Made by a program: the position numbers and the translations under genes. A DNA stretch of 64,000 nt from Verrucomicrobiales bacterium (lineage in GTDB: Bacteria > Verrucomicrobiota > Verrucomicrobiia > Limisphaerales > JAYPEY01): contig JAYPEY010000006.1 in the NCBI GenBank assembly GCA_038126035.1, positions 44,611-108,610 of the forward strand. The letters run 5' to 3'. Each line of letters opens with the position of its first letter. Position 1 is the first letter of the stretch. The notes below the pieces were generated by a model. The model saw only the letters and a program-made list of their open reading frames with translations, was not told the DNA's origin and ran no database searches. This document shows positions 55,556 through 64,000 of the stretch, in pieces.

Positions 55556-58500
55556 ATGAATGTCCGAAACGCCATTCCCTTTCTGTTCGTCGCCCTTTCC
55601 ACCCTTCTTGCATCCACGCTTCAGGCCGCCGAGGCCGGGAGCGTGCTCTTCATGATCGGGGAGAAGGAATATCGGACCAGTGAATCCCTGCCCAGGTTTG
55701 CGAAGGAGCATCTGGAGCCGCTCGGATTCAAGACCACGTTCGTCCACGCCTCCAAGGACGACCCCAATCACTTCCCTGGTCTGGAGCAGCTCAAGGACGC
55801 CGACCTGTTGTTCCTCAGCGTCCGTCGCCGCACCCTGAAGCCGGAGCAGATGGACCTGATCAAGGCGCATCTGAAGGCCGGCAAGGGCCTGGTCGCCATC
55901 CGCACCTCCAGCCACGCCTTCCACCTGCGGAACAAGAAGCCGCCGGCGGGCCATGTGGAATGGGTGGAGTTCGACAGGGAGGTTCTGGGCCATGACTACG
56001 AGAACCACTTCGGCAACAAGTCCGGCACGGATATTGCGACGATTCCCCATTCCATCCGCGACCCGTTGATGACCGGCGTCAAGCAGACGGCCTTCCACAG
56101 CAGCGGCACGCTCTACAAGATGCGCAACCTCGCCGGCGGCAGCCGCACGCTGCTGCGGGGCACGACCCTCGACGAGGGCGAGCCCCAGTTGGAGCCGGTC
56201 GCGATCCATCGCACGCACGGCAAGAGCCGGGTGTTTTACACCTCGCTCGGGCACATCGACGACTTCAAGCTGGCGCCGGTCAACCGCATGTTGGTCAACG
56301 CCGTTCATTGGGCGGCGAAGCTCCCGATCCCGGGCGCCGATTCCAAGGCCGCGCTGCAAAGCTCCAAGGAGCGCGACAAGTTCAACATGAACATCGCCGG
56401 CAATGAGAAGGTCGCCGAGATCATCAAGACCTTCGAGGGTCGCGGCGAGATCGGCGATCACTCCACGCCCACCGCGCCCGCCGCCGCCGTGAAGCTCTTC
56501 CAGGTTCACAACGATTTTGAGATGGAGCTCGTCGCGCACGAGCCGACCATCCGGCAGCCGCTGTTCATGACCTTCGACCATCGCGGCCGCATGTGGGTGG
56601 TGCAGTATCTGCAGTATCCCTTCCCCGCCGGCCTGAAGGTCATCAAGTACGACCAGTATCTCCGCGCGGTCTTCGACAAGGTCCCGCCGCCGCCGCCGAA
56701 CCACTTCAAGGGCGCGGACAAGATCACCGTCCTCGAGGACACCAACGGCGACGGGAAGTACGACAAGGCGAAGGACGTCATCACCGGCCTGAACATCGTC
56801 AGCTCCCTGGCGGTCGGCCGCGGCGGCATCTGGGTCCTCAATCCGCCCTACCTGATGTTCTATCCCGACGCAAACGGCGACGACATCCCCGACGGCGATC
56901 CCGAGGTGCATCTGCGCGGCTTCGGTCTGGAGGACACGCACTCCGTCGCGAACAGCCTGATGTTCGGGCCCGACGGCTGGCTCTACGGCGCCAACGGCAG
57001 CACCACGACCTTCACCGTCGATTCCGAGGTCACCAAGGGCGTGCATTACAAGGGCCAGTGCATCTGGCGTTATCATCCGGCCAGCAAGGTGTTCGAAATT
57101 TTCGCCGAGGGCGGCGGCAACACCTGGAGCACGGAGATCGACGCCGAGGGCCGCGTTTTCTCCGGCACCAACCACGGCCGCACCCACGGCATGCATTACG
57201 CCCAGGGCGGCTATGCCGGGAAAAACTGGGGCAAGCACGGACCGCTCTCCAATCCCTACGCCTTCGGCTTCTTCGACCACATGAAGCACGAGGGCTTTCC
57301 CGAGCGCTTCAGCCAGACCTTCTGCATCTACGACGGCGGCGCCTTCCCCGAGAAGTACAACCACGCCGTCGTCGCCGGCAACGCGCTGCACAACCGCGTC
57401 GTCGCCAGCCAGCTCATCCCGGACACGTCCACCTTCCGCACCAAGGACCATCCGCCGCTCGTCCTGGCCAAGGACCGGTGGTTCCGGCCCGTCGACATCA
57501 AGGTCGGACCCGACGGCTCGGTCTACGTGGCCGACTGGTACGACAGCCGGTTGACGCACGTCGATCCGAGGGACAACTGGCACAAGTCCAGCGGCCGCAT
57601 CTACCGCCTGAAGGCCAGGGGAACAAAGCCGCTGAAGCCCTTCGATCTCGCGAAGCAGTCCAACGACGAACTGGTGAAGGTCCTGCTCACGCACAGGAAC
57701 AAGTGGTTCCGGCACGAGGCCGTGCGCGTGTTGGGCGACCGGCGCGACAAGTCGATCGTCCCGCGCCTGAAGCGGATCGTCATGGCGGACCAGGAGGAGC
57801 GGACCCTGGACGCGCTCTGGGCGTTGTATGTCTCCGGCGGATTCGACAACGAGGTCGCGCTCAAGGCGCTGGACTCGAAGAACCCGCACGTGCGGCGCTG
57901 GGCGGTGCGGTTGATCGGCGATTCGAGGAAGACCACGCCGCGCGTCGCTTCGGAACTCAAGGACCTCGCCGTGCGCGAACCCGAGGTCGAAGTGCGATCC
58001 CAGTTGGCCAGTTCGGCCCGACGCCTGCCCGCCGAACAGGGCCTCCCCATCACGCGCGAGCTGCTGGCGCATGGCTCGGACGTCGACGACCTCCACATTC
58101 CACTGCTGCTCTGGTGGGCGGTCGAGGCAAAGTGCGGCGACGATCGCGACGCCGTGTTGAAGATGTTCGCCGACAAGAATGTCTGGACGCTGCCGATGGT
58201 GGAGAAGCATCTGATCGAACGGCTCATGCGTCGCTACGCCATGGCCGGCAGCCCGCAGGACCTTCAGACCTGCGCCGATCTGCTCGCCCTGGCGCCGGGC
58301 GCGGAACATCGGGCCAAGCTCATGACCGGCCTGATGGAGGCGTTTCAGGGACGCCAGATCGCCAGCCTGCCCGATTCATTGGCCAGGGCCCTGGATGAGT
58401 ATCAAAAGGGGCTGGGCGGCTCCGGCATCGCCCTTGGCCTGCGTCGCGGCGACGCCAAGGCCCTTGGCGAGGCGCTGAAGGTCGTCGCCAGTTCCAAGGC

Positions 58501-59389
58501 GGACATGGCGACGCGTCTGGCCTACATCGAGATCCTCGGCCAGGTGGACCAGCCCAAGGCCGTCCCCACCCTGACGCGGCTCCTCCGCACCACGGGCGCG
58601 ACCGCGATCAATCTGGCCGCGCTCAAGGCCCTGCAGAACTACAGCGACGCCTCCATCGGCAAGGCGATCCTCGGCGCCTATCACAGCGCCCTGCTGGAGG
58701 AGCACGGCGTCCGCGCCACGGCCAACCGCGTCCTCGCCTCCCGCAAGGAGTGGGCGCTGCAGTTTCTCGACCAGATCGACAGCTGGCGCATCAAGGCCGA
58801 CACCGTCGCCATGGATGTCGTGCAACAGATGGCCCTGCACAAGGACGGAAAGATCGACGAGCTGATTGAAAAGCACTGGGGCAAACTCGGCCGCAAGACC
58901 CCGGAGGAGAAGCTGAAGCAGATGGCCCGGATCGAGAAGCTCGTGAAGGCCAACCGCGGCAAGGGCGACCTCGAACGCGGCAAGCAGCTCTTCAGCGCCA
59001 TGTGCGCGATCTGCCACACGCTGTTTGACGAGGGCAGGAACCTTGGCCCGGAACTCACCGGCTACGAGCGCGACAACCTGGACTTCCTGCTGTTGGCGAT
59101 CGTCGATCCCAGCGCCGCCATCCGCGAGGAATACACCAGTTTTACCATCGCCACCAAGGACGGTCGCCAACTCGCGGGCCTGTTGGAGAACCAGGATTCC
59201 AAGACCGTCACCGTCCGCAGCCTCGACAACCAACCCGTCCTCATCCCCCGCGACCAGATCAAGACCCTGCAGGCCTCGCAGACCTCACTCATGCCCGAAG
59301 GCCTCACCGAGGCCATGCCCGATGACATGCTCATCGACCTCTTCACCTACATCATGGCGAGAACGCCCAAACAGGAGGCGAAGAGGTAG
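55556..59389 (+). CDS. PVC-type heme-binding CxxCH protein: ThuA-like N-domain + membrane-bound-dehydrogenase-like beta-propeller + HEAT repeats + C-terminal cytochrome c
   Basis: 1277 aa. 'FEMELVAHEPTIRQPLFMTFDHRGRMWVV', HEAT-like 'NPHVRRWAVRLIG' and C-terminal 'CAICHTLF'. Confidence 0.9.
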   Translation: MNVRNAIPFLFVALSTLLASTLQAAEAGSVLFMIGEKEYRTSESLPRFAKEHLEPLGFKTTFVHASKDDPNHFPGLEQLKDADLLFLSVRRRTLKPEQMDLIKAHLKAGKGLVAIRTSSHAFHLRNKKPPAGHVEWVEFDREVLGHDYENHFGNKSGTDIATIPHSIRDPLMTGVKQTAFHSSGTLYKMRNLAGGSRTLLRGTTLDEGEPQLEPVAIHRTHGKSRVFYTSLGHIDDFKLAPVNRMLVNAVHWAAKLPIPGADSKAALQSSKERDKFNMNIAGNEKVAEIIKTFEGRGEIGDHSTPTAPAAAVKLFQVHNDFEMELVAHEPTIRQPLFMTFDHRGRMWVVQYLQYPFPAGLKVIKYDQYLRAVFDKVPPPPPNHFKGADKITVLEDTNGDGKYDKAKDVITGLNIVSSLAVGRGGIWVLNPPYLMFYPDANGDDIPDGDPEVHLRGFGLEDTHSVANSLMFGPDGWLYGANGSTTTFTVDSEVTKGVHYKGQCIWRYHPASKVFEIFAEGGGNTWSTEIDAEGRVFSGTNHGRTHGMHYAQGGYAGKNWGKHGPLSNPYAFGFFDHMKHEGFPERFSQTFCIYDGGAFPEKYNHAVVAGNALHNRVVASQLIPDTSTFRTKDHPPLVLAKDRWFRPVDIKVGPDGSVYVADWYDSRLTHVDPRDNWHKSSGRIYRLKARGTKPLKPFDLAKQSNDELVKVLLTHRNKWFRHEAVRVLGDRRDKSIVPRLKRIVMADQEERTLDALWALYVSGGFDNEVALKALDSKNPHVRRWAVRLIGDSRKTTPRVASELKDLAVREPEVEVRSQLASSARRLPAEQGLPITRELLAHGSDVDDLHIPLLLWWAVEAKCGDDRDAVLKMFADKNVWTLPMVEKHLIERLMRRYAMAGSPQDLQTCADLLALAPGAEHRAKLMTGLMEAFQGRQIASLPDSLARALDEYQKGLGGSGIALGLRRGDAKALGEALKVVASSKADMATRLAYIEILGQVDQPKAVPTLTRLLRTTGATAINLAALKALQNYSDASIGKAILGAYHSALLEEHGVRATANRVLASRKEWALQFLDQIDSWRIKADTVAMDVVQQMALHKDGKIDELIEKHWGKLGRKTPEEKLKQMARIEKLVKANRGKGDLERGKQLFSAMCAICHTLFDEGRNLGPELTGYERDNLDFLLLAIVDPSAAIREEYTSFTIATKDGRQLAGLLENQDSKTVTVRSLDNQPVLIPRDQIKTLQASQTSLMPEGLTEAMPDDMLIDLFTYIMARTPKQEAKR

Positions 59390-59610
59390 TATTATTGACT
59401 GCTCTCGCGGAATTGTCCCGAGAATCGGATTCCTTCCGGGGAGCGCACGCGGTCTGTATACCTGCCGCATCCATGGTTGCCGGCAGGCGCTGGCCCCATC
59501 CCGGTTCATGCGCTCCCTTTCCCGAATTTTCCAGGCTTGGGTATTGCCGGGATGGGTCCTAAGGTCCGTCCCCATTCGAACCGAACTGAACTGAATTGAT
59601 TTTCACGCTT

Positions 59611-60330
59611 ATGAGCGAACGCAGAACAGCCATTGTGACCGGGGCGGGCAGCGGGGTCGGCCAGGCCGTCGCCCTTGAACTCGTCAAACAGGACTGGAAT
59701 GTCGCCATCCTCGGTCGTCGCGAAAGCGCGCTCAGGGAGACCGTGGAACTTGCCGGTTCGGAGCGCGCCGACCAGCTCCTGGTCATTCCCTGCAACATCG
59801 GCGCCCCCGACGAGGTCGAGGCCATGGGCCGGACTGTCCGGGAAAAGTGGGGCGCCGTCCAGGCCCTCGTGAATTCGGCGGGCACGAACACCAAGGAGCG
59901 CTCCTTCGATGTCCTGTCCACGGACGACTTTCGCGAGATCATCGACGTGAACCTGAACGGCTCCTTCTATTGCGCCCAGGCCGTGCTGCCCGGCATGCGC
60001 GAACAAAAGGGCGGCACCATCGTCAACATCGTCTCCGAGGCCGGCCTCTGGGCCAACACCAAGTCCGGCCCCTCCTACATCTGCGCGAAGTTCGGCCAGT
60101 CCGGACTGACCAAGGCCATCAACGCGGAGGAGCGCGTCAACGGCATCCGCGCCTGCGCCATCTATCCCGGCGACATCAACACGCCGCTGCTGGACAAGCG
60201 CCCGAATCCGCCGGCCATGGAGCTGCGGCCCAGGATGCTGCAGCCCGCCGACCTGGTCGCCTGCGTCATGCTCTGCCTCAACCTGCCGCCGAACGCGGTC
60301 GCCGAGGAGATTCTGCTGCGTCCGGCGTGA
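59611..60330 (+). CDS. short-chain dehydrogenase/reductase (SDR)
   Basis: 'TAIVTGAGSGVGQA', 'NSAG' and 'YICAKFG' (YxxxK). ATG at 59611 (alternative TTG at 59596). Confidence 0.9.
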   Translation: MSERRTAIVTGAGSGVGQAVALELVKQDWNVAILGRRESALRETVELAGSERADQLLVIPCNIGAPDEVEAMGRTVREKWGAVQALVNSAGTNTKERSFDVLSTDDFREIIDVNLNGSFYCAQAVLPGMREQKGGTIVNIVSEAGLWANTKSGPSYICAKFGQSGLTKAINAEERVNGIRACAIYPGDINTPLLDKRPNPPAMELRPRMLQPADLVACVMLCLNLPPNAVAEEILLRPA

Positions 60331-60361
60331 TCCGGCCGGGGCTGTCCTGGAGTTCCGCGCC

Positions 60362-60739
60362 ATGGACCGGAAGAAACAAACGCTGATCGCCGCGCCTTTG
60401 CTGGCGCTCGTCCTGATCGCCGCGGGCGTCTTCTACGTGAAGGTGATCAAGGTCCGATCGGAATACAACCGGATCGTGACGGAGTTGATCGACGCGGGGA
60501 GGAATGAGGAGGCCGCCGCGGCCTTGGAGGAGCTGCGACCGAGGGCTGTCGGCGGCATGCAGGCGACCATCACGAAGGATCTCGCCGAAACCCATCGCGT
60601 GTTGGGCGACGATCCGGGGCTGAATTTCGATGAATCACGCCGACACTTCGAGCGCGCGCACGAACTGGATCCGGAAGGCATGCAACCGCATCAGATGCGG
60701 GTGTTGCAATTGGCGCCGGGTGGTGAGTCCGCAAGGTGA
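60362..60739 (+). CDS. hypothetical membrane-anchored helical protein
   Basis: 125 aa with an ATG start and N-terminal TM segment 'LIAAPLLALVLIAAGVFYV'. Confidence 0.45.
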   Translation: MDRKKQTLIAAPLLALVLIAAGVFYVKVIKVRSEYNRIVTELIDAGRNEEAAAALEELRPRAVGGMQATITKDLAETHRVLGDDPGLNFDESRRHFERAHELDPEGMQPHQMRVLQLAPGGESAR

Positions 60740-60745
60740 GAACGG

Positions 60746-61675
60746 TCACGCCTCCGCCAACCACCGCTTCAGCGCGGCCAGATCCTCCTGCATCAGGCGG
60801 ATCATCTTCTGTCCCTCGCCATGATCGTATTCGTGGTGCTGTGAGATCGGCCCGTTGAACGACGACTTCCTGAGCATCCTGAAGAAGGCCTTGTTGACCA
60901 TGCCCTTGCCCAGCTGACACCAGCTTGCGCGCCAGCCGCGCTTCTCCGTCTTCGCCCAGGTGAAATCCTTCACGTAGACCGCCCCGGCGCGCGGCAGCAT
61001 CAGTTGCGCGTGGGTTTCCCAGGCGTAGCCGCCCTCCGCCGTGGCGTGGCCGATGTCGAAGCACATGGCCATGTATTTCGGATCGAGGTCCTTGATCAGG
61101 CCATGCAGGTCCCAGACCGGCGCGCCGACATAAGCCCGACCCGAATGGTTCTGATAGCAGCACTGGATCCCGATCTCCCTGTTCAGCGCGGCGAGGTCGC
61201 GGAGCTTGGGCCGGATCTCGTTCAGTTGATCCTGAACCGGGCGCGATCGGTCGTATTTCCAGTAGTCCATCCGGTAACGCTTGATCCCCAGTCTAGCGGC
61301 CGTGCGCAACAGGGATTCGGCATGGGGTTGGTCCGCCGCTCCAATGCGCGTGGTCATGACCCCGATCTCCAAGCCGCGCTGCTTGAGGGCCTCGACGAGT
61401 TTCGGAAGCTCATCCTTTGCGCGCTCGGGTTCGATCTGGCCCTTGGGGCGCACCGGACATTCGATGCCGTCCCAGCCGATCTCCGCGGTCACGTCGGCCG
61501 TGTCTTCAAAGCTGAGTTTCTGGAAGGGCTTGGAAAAGCCGATGATCTTGTAGGGGGCGTTCTTCTTCTTCGGCGCAGCGGAGAGGATGGCGGCGGGGGT
61601 CGCGGCAAGGACCGCGGCGGTTGCGGCGCCTTGGGCGAGGAATTGTCGGCGGGTTGGATCAACGGGGTGTCTCAT
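60746..61675 (-). CDS. sugar phosphate isomerase/epimerase (xylose-isomerase-like TIM barrel) with TAT signal
   Basis: 'MRHPVDPTRRQFLAQGAATAAVLAA' and 'FDIGHA'. ATG at 61675 (alternative 61690). Confidence 0.85.
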   Translation of the reverse strand: MRHPVDPTRRQFLAQGAATAAVLAATPAAILSAAPKKKNAPYKIIGFSKPFQKLSFEDTADVTAEIGWDGIECPVRPKGQIEPERAKDELPKLVEALKQRGLEIGVMTTRIGAADQPHAESLLRTAARLGIKRYRMDYWKYDRSRPVQDQLNEIRPKLRDLAALNREIGIQCCYQNHSGRAYVGAPVWDLHGLIKDLDPKYMAMCFDIGHATAEGGYAWETHAQLMLPRAGAVYVKDFTWAKTEKRGWRASWCQLGKGMVNKAFFRMLRKSSFNGPISQHHEYDHGEGQKMIRLMQEDLAALKRWLAEA

Positions 61676-61806
61676 GGCGGTTGAATGCATGGATTCTTCA
61701 AAAGTCTGGAACATCGACAACCTGTCCCCCGGCCTTCGTTGTTGTCGCTCACGCTTCTGCGCGCATTCGGCCGGGCACACGTTGAAGCGCGGGATTCCTC
61801 TGAGGG

Positions 61807-62481
61807 TCAACCGACCAGCCAAAACCCGCCGCAGATGATGGCGGCGATGGAGCAGAGACCGACGGCCACGGGAGCCCGGTGGTTGGCGGCCGGATCGCCG
61901 CCCCGGACCCATCTGGAGACGGCCGCTGAAAATGACGTCATGGCGGCGACGGTTCCAATGGCGTAGGCGGCCAGGTAAAGCCCGGCTTCAAGGAGCGAGG
62001 GAAACGCCAGCGCGGCGACGGCCGCCAGCATGTGGCTGCCGCCGGCCAATCCATGCAGGGCGCCGATGCCGAAGGCTGTGTGGCCGTGTGAGTGGCGCCT
62101 GCGTTGAGTCTCGTCGGACTCATCCGTGTGCAGGTGGACGTGGCGGTGTTGGATCGCCGGGTGGTCGTGATCGTGATCGTGCGAATGCAGCCGGTGTCGC
62201 AGCGCGCGCCGGATGCCCCAGAGCCCCAGGCCGATCAGAACGACGCCCACCAGCCGTTCGGAAATGGAGGAGATCAGATCCCAGGGAAGCGCCTGCCGCG
62301 TGCCCAGGGCGAAGCAGGCCACGAAGGTCACCGCCAGCGCGTGGCCGACGCCCCATTGCGCGCCGACCCGCCAGCCCCTGGCCGAGTTCGCGCTGCTCAA
62401 CGGCGCCACGGCCGCCAGGTGATCCGGCCCGGACGCCGCATGCGCCGCGCCGGCGATGAAGCCCGTCAGCGGGGCGATCAT
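61807..62481 (-). CDS. putative Ni/Co-type metal transporter with His-rich loop (NicO/UreH-like TM protein)
   Basis: 'HAASGPDHLAAV' and the loop 'HRLHSHDHDHDHPAIQHRHVHLH..HSHGH'. About 6 TM segments. Confidence 0.65.
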   Translation of the reverse strand: MIAPLTGFIAGAAHAASGPDHLAAVAPLSSANSARGWRVGAQWGVGHALAVTFVACFALGTRQALPWDLISSISERLVGVVLIGLGLWGIRRALRHRLHSHDHDHDHPAIQHRHVHLHTDESDETQRRRHSHGHTAFGIGALHGLAGGSHMLAAVAALAFPSLLEAGLYLAAYAIGTVAAMTSFSAAVSRWVRGGDPAANHRAPVAVGLCSIAAIICGGFWLVG

Positions 62482-62707
62482 GATTTGGGGAGAGGACCGT
62501 TCATCGGCACGCGGTTGTTTTCCGGGCTGCGGGGCCGCGCGTCAATGGCGAAACGAACGGACCCGGGCATTCGGAGGTCATCCGCCCAACGAAACCGGGG
62601 GGTCGTGGCCCGGGCCGTCGCGGCGCAGGGGACGGCTCGTCGCTTCGCGCGACGCACGGGCGCATCCGCTTGACATTGAAACCCGCGAGGCTTTCTCTGG
62701 CGAGGTC

Positions 62708-63364
62708 ATGCAATGGTATTACAACGAAGGGAGTGAGCGACGCGGTCCGGTTTCCCACGAGGAGCTGCAGGGGTTGATCGCGCAGGGTGTTGTCGGCCCC
62801 GACAACCTTGCCTGGCGCGAGGGCATGGCCAACTGGATGCGCGCGGGCGAACTGCCGGAATTGGCGCCCTTCTTTCAGATTCCCGAGGCGCCCACGGGTC
62901 CCCCGACGATTGAACCGCAACCGCCGTCCGCGGGTGCGTCCGCCTTCGGACAACCCGCCGCGAACCAGCCTTCCGTGAGCCAACCCGCGGCCTCCGGTTT
63001 CGGCAGCTACGCCTCCGGTTCGTCCGCCCAGGGCGGCGTCCACAGCATCTATGGGGACAGGCAGCGAATGCAGTATGGAGTGCCGGAAACGAACGGCTTC
63101 GCGATTGCCTCAGTCATTTTGGGACCGCTTGGAATGTGCGGGTTCTGTTGCTGCGCCGGCCTGTGGCTTGGAATTCCGGGCGTGATCTGCGGCCATATCG
63201 CGCGAACGCAGATCGAGGATTCAAACGGATCGCAGACAGGCGGGGGGATCGCTCAAGCGGGACTGATCACCAGCTATCTCGCCGTCGTGATCACCATTGC
63301 CTGGATCGTCTACAGCATGGTCACGGCCGACCAGAGTCCGAATTTCGAAAACTGGTCCATGTAG
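62708..63364 (+). CDS. GYF_2-domain protein with C-terminal DUF4190-like TM region
   Basis: 'MQWYYNEGSERRGPVSHEELQGLIAQGVVGPDNLAWREGMANWM', then a Pro/Ala/Ser linker and two TM segments. ATG at 62708. Confidence 0.75.
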   Translation: MQWYYNEGSERRGPVSHEELQGLIAQGVVGPDNLAWREGMANWMRAGELPELAPFFQIPEAPTGPPTIEPQPPSAGASAFGQPAANQPSVSQPAASGFGSYASGSSAQGGVHSIYGDRQRMQYGVPETNGFAIASVILGPLGMCGFCCCAGLWLGIPGVICGHIARTQIEDSNGSQTGGGIAQAGLITSYLAVVITIAWIVYSMVTADQSPNFENWSM

Positions 63365-63458
63365 GCGGGAAGCCGCGGCCGATCATCAGGATTTTCAGCC
63401 CGATGCGGATGTCTCAGGAGTCCTCGTTCGAGCTGTCGCCGGATTCCGCATTCGGGAA

Positions 63459-64000
63459 CTAATCGCCGATGCAATCGGGGCAGAGACCGTGCGACAACCG
63501 CGCGTCCGATTCCTCCTGGACGTATTGGTCAAACTCCTTCCAGACGTTGTTCTCATCGCGGATTTTCTGACAGGACGCGCAGATGGGAAGAATGCCGTGG
63601 AGTTGCTTGAGTTGCTGCCGGGCGTCATCGAGATCGGATTCGAGGCGGCGTTTGTCCTGTGCGACGCGGAGGCGTTCGGAGGTGATGTCGATGTTGAGGC
63701 CAAGGTATCCACGGAGCTTTCCGGCCTTGTTGTAGAGCGGCTTGGCCATGCCGAAGAGCCAGGAGGTCTTGCCCGTCTTTTGGTTGATGAATCGATATTC
63801 GAAATTCCACCGCCCCTGGGACTCCACGACCCTGTAGCAGTTGTCGAAGATGGCATTCTTGTCCTCCGGATGCAGGCCGGCCTTCCAACCTTTGCCCATG
63901 GCTTCGTCCGCCGTGATCCCCGCCGTGTCCTGCCAGGCCCGGTTCACGTAGAGACAGTCGCCTTCCTTGTCCGTCAAATAGATCCCGGCGGGCGAAAACT
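63459..64000 (-). CDS. PAS-domain signalling protein with C-terminal 4-Cys module (5'-partial, runs off window)
   Basis: The frame is open to base 64000 ('..FSPAGIYLTDKEGDCLYVNRAWQD'). A coiled coil is followed by 'ILPICASCQKIRDENNVWKEFDQYVQEESDARLSHGLCPDC'. Confidence 0.8.
   Translation of the reverse strand, partial: FSPAGIYLTDKEGDCLYVNRAWQDTAGITADEAMGKGWKAGLHPEDKNAIFDNCYRVVESQGRWNFEYRFINQKTGKTSWLFGMAKPLYNKAGKLRGYLGLNIDITSERLRVAQDKRRLESDLDDARQQLKQLHGILPICASCQKIRDENNVWKEFDQYVQEESDARLSHGLCPDCIGD

Noticed and set aside
55538-58309. 923-aa ORF on the minus strand, plus similar long ORFs at 18378..21098, 16504..18147, 8616..9722, 39399..40829 and 41583..42923
   Set aside because: All lie antisense to, or out of frame with, genes that have clear family signatures. 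Their translations are Arg/Gly/Ala/Val-rich low-information sequence. These are shadow ORFs, which are expected in high-GC DNA.

Overview
High-GC bacterial chromosomal window. The gene content points to the PVC superphylum, most likely Verrucomicrobiota. Supporting evidence is two Planctomycete-cytochrome-C/DUF1549/DUF1553 + DUF1501 gene pairs, four Cys-type sulfatases plus an FGE-family gene, a PVC-type CxxCH giant protein and an autotransporter-type beta-strand-repeat tail. I support about 47 CDS. Recognisable housekeeping genes are leuA, pgi, mnmG, crcB, an ABC-F ATPase, recA, trmB, msrA and secA. There is also a REC-PP2C/STAS/kinase partner-switching module and several uncharacterised small cassettes. 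I found no rRNA, tRNA, CRISPR, transposase or integrase. The more interesting signals are non-coding. (1) A short Leu-rich leader ORF with overlapping antiterminator and terminator helices sits directly upstream of leuA, a candidate ribosome-mediated attenuator. (2) Two identical perfect parS-type palindromes (TGTTCCACGTGGAACA) occur, one inside a variable loop of mnmG and one at the mnmG/crcB junction, which implies an origin-proximal ParB loading region. (3) At least four families of structured REP/MITE-like elements sit immediately after stop codons and bracket single genes. (4) A 10-unit heptanucleotide microsatellite lies between co-oriented DUF1553 and DUF1501 genes. (5) A substrate-binding-protein gene carries an in-frame TAG, and its coupled sensor gene is truncated. 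(6) An ACP-like ORF has its halves in circularly permuted order. All homology calls rest on motif recognition by eye and recalled family knowledge. No database searches were run.
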